64,000 bases of DNA from NCBI GenBank assembly GCA_963695095.1, contig CAVOFT010000001.1:1664001-1728000 (forward strand), read 5' to 3'. The position numbers and the translations under genes were made by a program. Shown here piece after piece: positions 63,478 through 64,000 of the stretch. This DNA is from an uncultured bacterium. Lineage in GTDB: Bacteria; Krumholzibacteriota; Krumholzibacteriia; JACNKJ01. A model generated the notes under the pieces. It searched no databases and was not told where the DNA came from. It worked only from the letters and a program-made list of their open reading frames with translations. How positions within the stretch are numbered: the first letter of the stretch is position 1; each line of letters begins with the position of its first letter.

Positions 63478-64000
63478 GCGCCGGATCGCAGGGCTGGGGC
63501 TCGTCCTCGCCGCCCTCGCGGCGGCGCCTGGCGCGCGCGGCGAGAGCCTGCTCGAGTTGCTGCCGCCGGGCGAGCCGCTCGTGCCCCTGGACGCCCATGC
63601 CATCGCCCTGGGCGGCGCGTCCGAGGCGCGCTGGGAGCTGGAGAGCGGCCTGCCCTCCAATCCCGCGCAGCTCGTGGCCATCGAGGGCGTCAGCTTCGCC
63701 ACCGTCCTTCAGCTGCGCCGCGGCCTGCGCGATCTGCCGGGCGAGGGCCCGGACTGGGACGAGACCCGCCAGGACTTTCCGGCCTTCCAGATCAGCGCCT
63801 CCCTGCCGCGGGGCCTGCGCCTGGGCCTGGGCTACCGCGCCGATCTGCGCAGCCGGGGCGCTTACGGCTTCACCGTGCCCTTCGCACTCGACGGCGCGAT
63901 CGATCACTACGCCGTGGACTACACGCAGAGCGGCGGCCTCTCGCGCTTTCCGATCAGCCTGGCAATGCCCTTGGGCGAGAACTACCGCGCCGGCATCGGC
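63470..64000 (+). CDS. Outer-membrane protein, FadL/PorV-like (3' truncated by window edge; absent from the ORF track)
   Basis: TTG start overlapping the upstream gene; MTRRRIAGLGLVLAALAAAPGARG signal, DAHAIALGGA, SNPAQL, then beta strands. Confidence 0.65.
   Translation, partial: MTRRRIAGLGLVLAALAAAPGARGESLLELLPPGEPLVPLDAHAIALGGASEARWELESGLPSNPAQLVAIEGVSFATVLQLRRGLRDLPGEGPDWDETRQDFPAFQISASLPRGLRLGLGYRADLRSRGAYGFTVPFALDGAIDHYAVDYTQSGGLSRFPISLAMPLGENYRAGIG

Overview
High-GC bacterial chromosome segment that is mostly housekeeping. It carries a maeB 3' end, rlmD, a ychF-yhaM-deoB-cdd-pdp run, PBP1A, tyrS, and one complete rRNA operon (16S, tRNA-Ile, tRNA-Ala, 23S, 5S). Further on are an EF-G paralog, yebC-ruvCAB-queA-tgt-yajC-def-fmt-rsmB-PASTA-rpe and ffh-rpsP-khpA-rimM-trmD-rplS-rnhB-yraN, followed by a WecA-like gene and comM. 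Three secreted proteins with a PNP...KLTLLK/R FlgD-Ig C-terminal domain, a GWxTD protein and the 16S signatures suggest an FCB-associated candidate phylum (Latescibacterota/Krumholzibacteriota-like); this is inference only. Two accessory regions stand out. (1) A 5-kb nest of insertion sequences directly behind the rRNA operon: an intact IS3 sits in the tip of an IS256, an IS21 sits inside a second IS3 end, that IS3 start is fused in frame to the IS256 transposase, and a third IS3-type tip follows. The nest may mark a deleted polysaccharide cluster. (2) A four-gene envelope operon (Omp28-like CxxC protein, secreted CTD protein, TlpA, DUF6029-like beta-barrel) in which every product has a cysteine pair, a candidate thiol-redox relay across the outer membrane. 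Other oddities are a CTG-initiated ruvC, a frameshifted ffh (probably a sequence error), degenerate YchF and EF-G motifs, and two tiny Zn-finger ORFs. All family calls come from motif recognition by eye; no searches were run.
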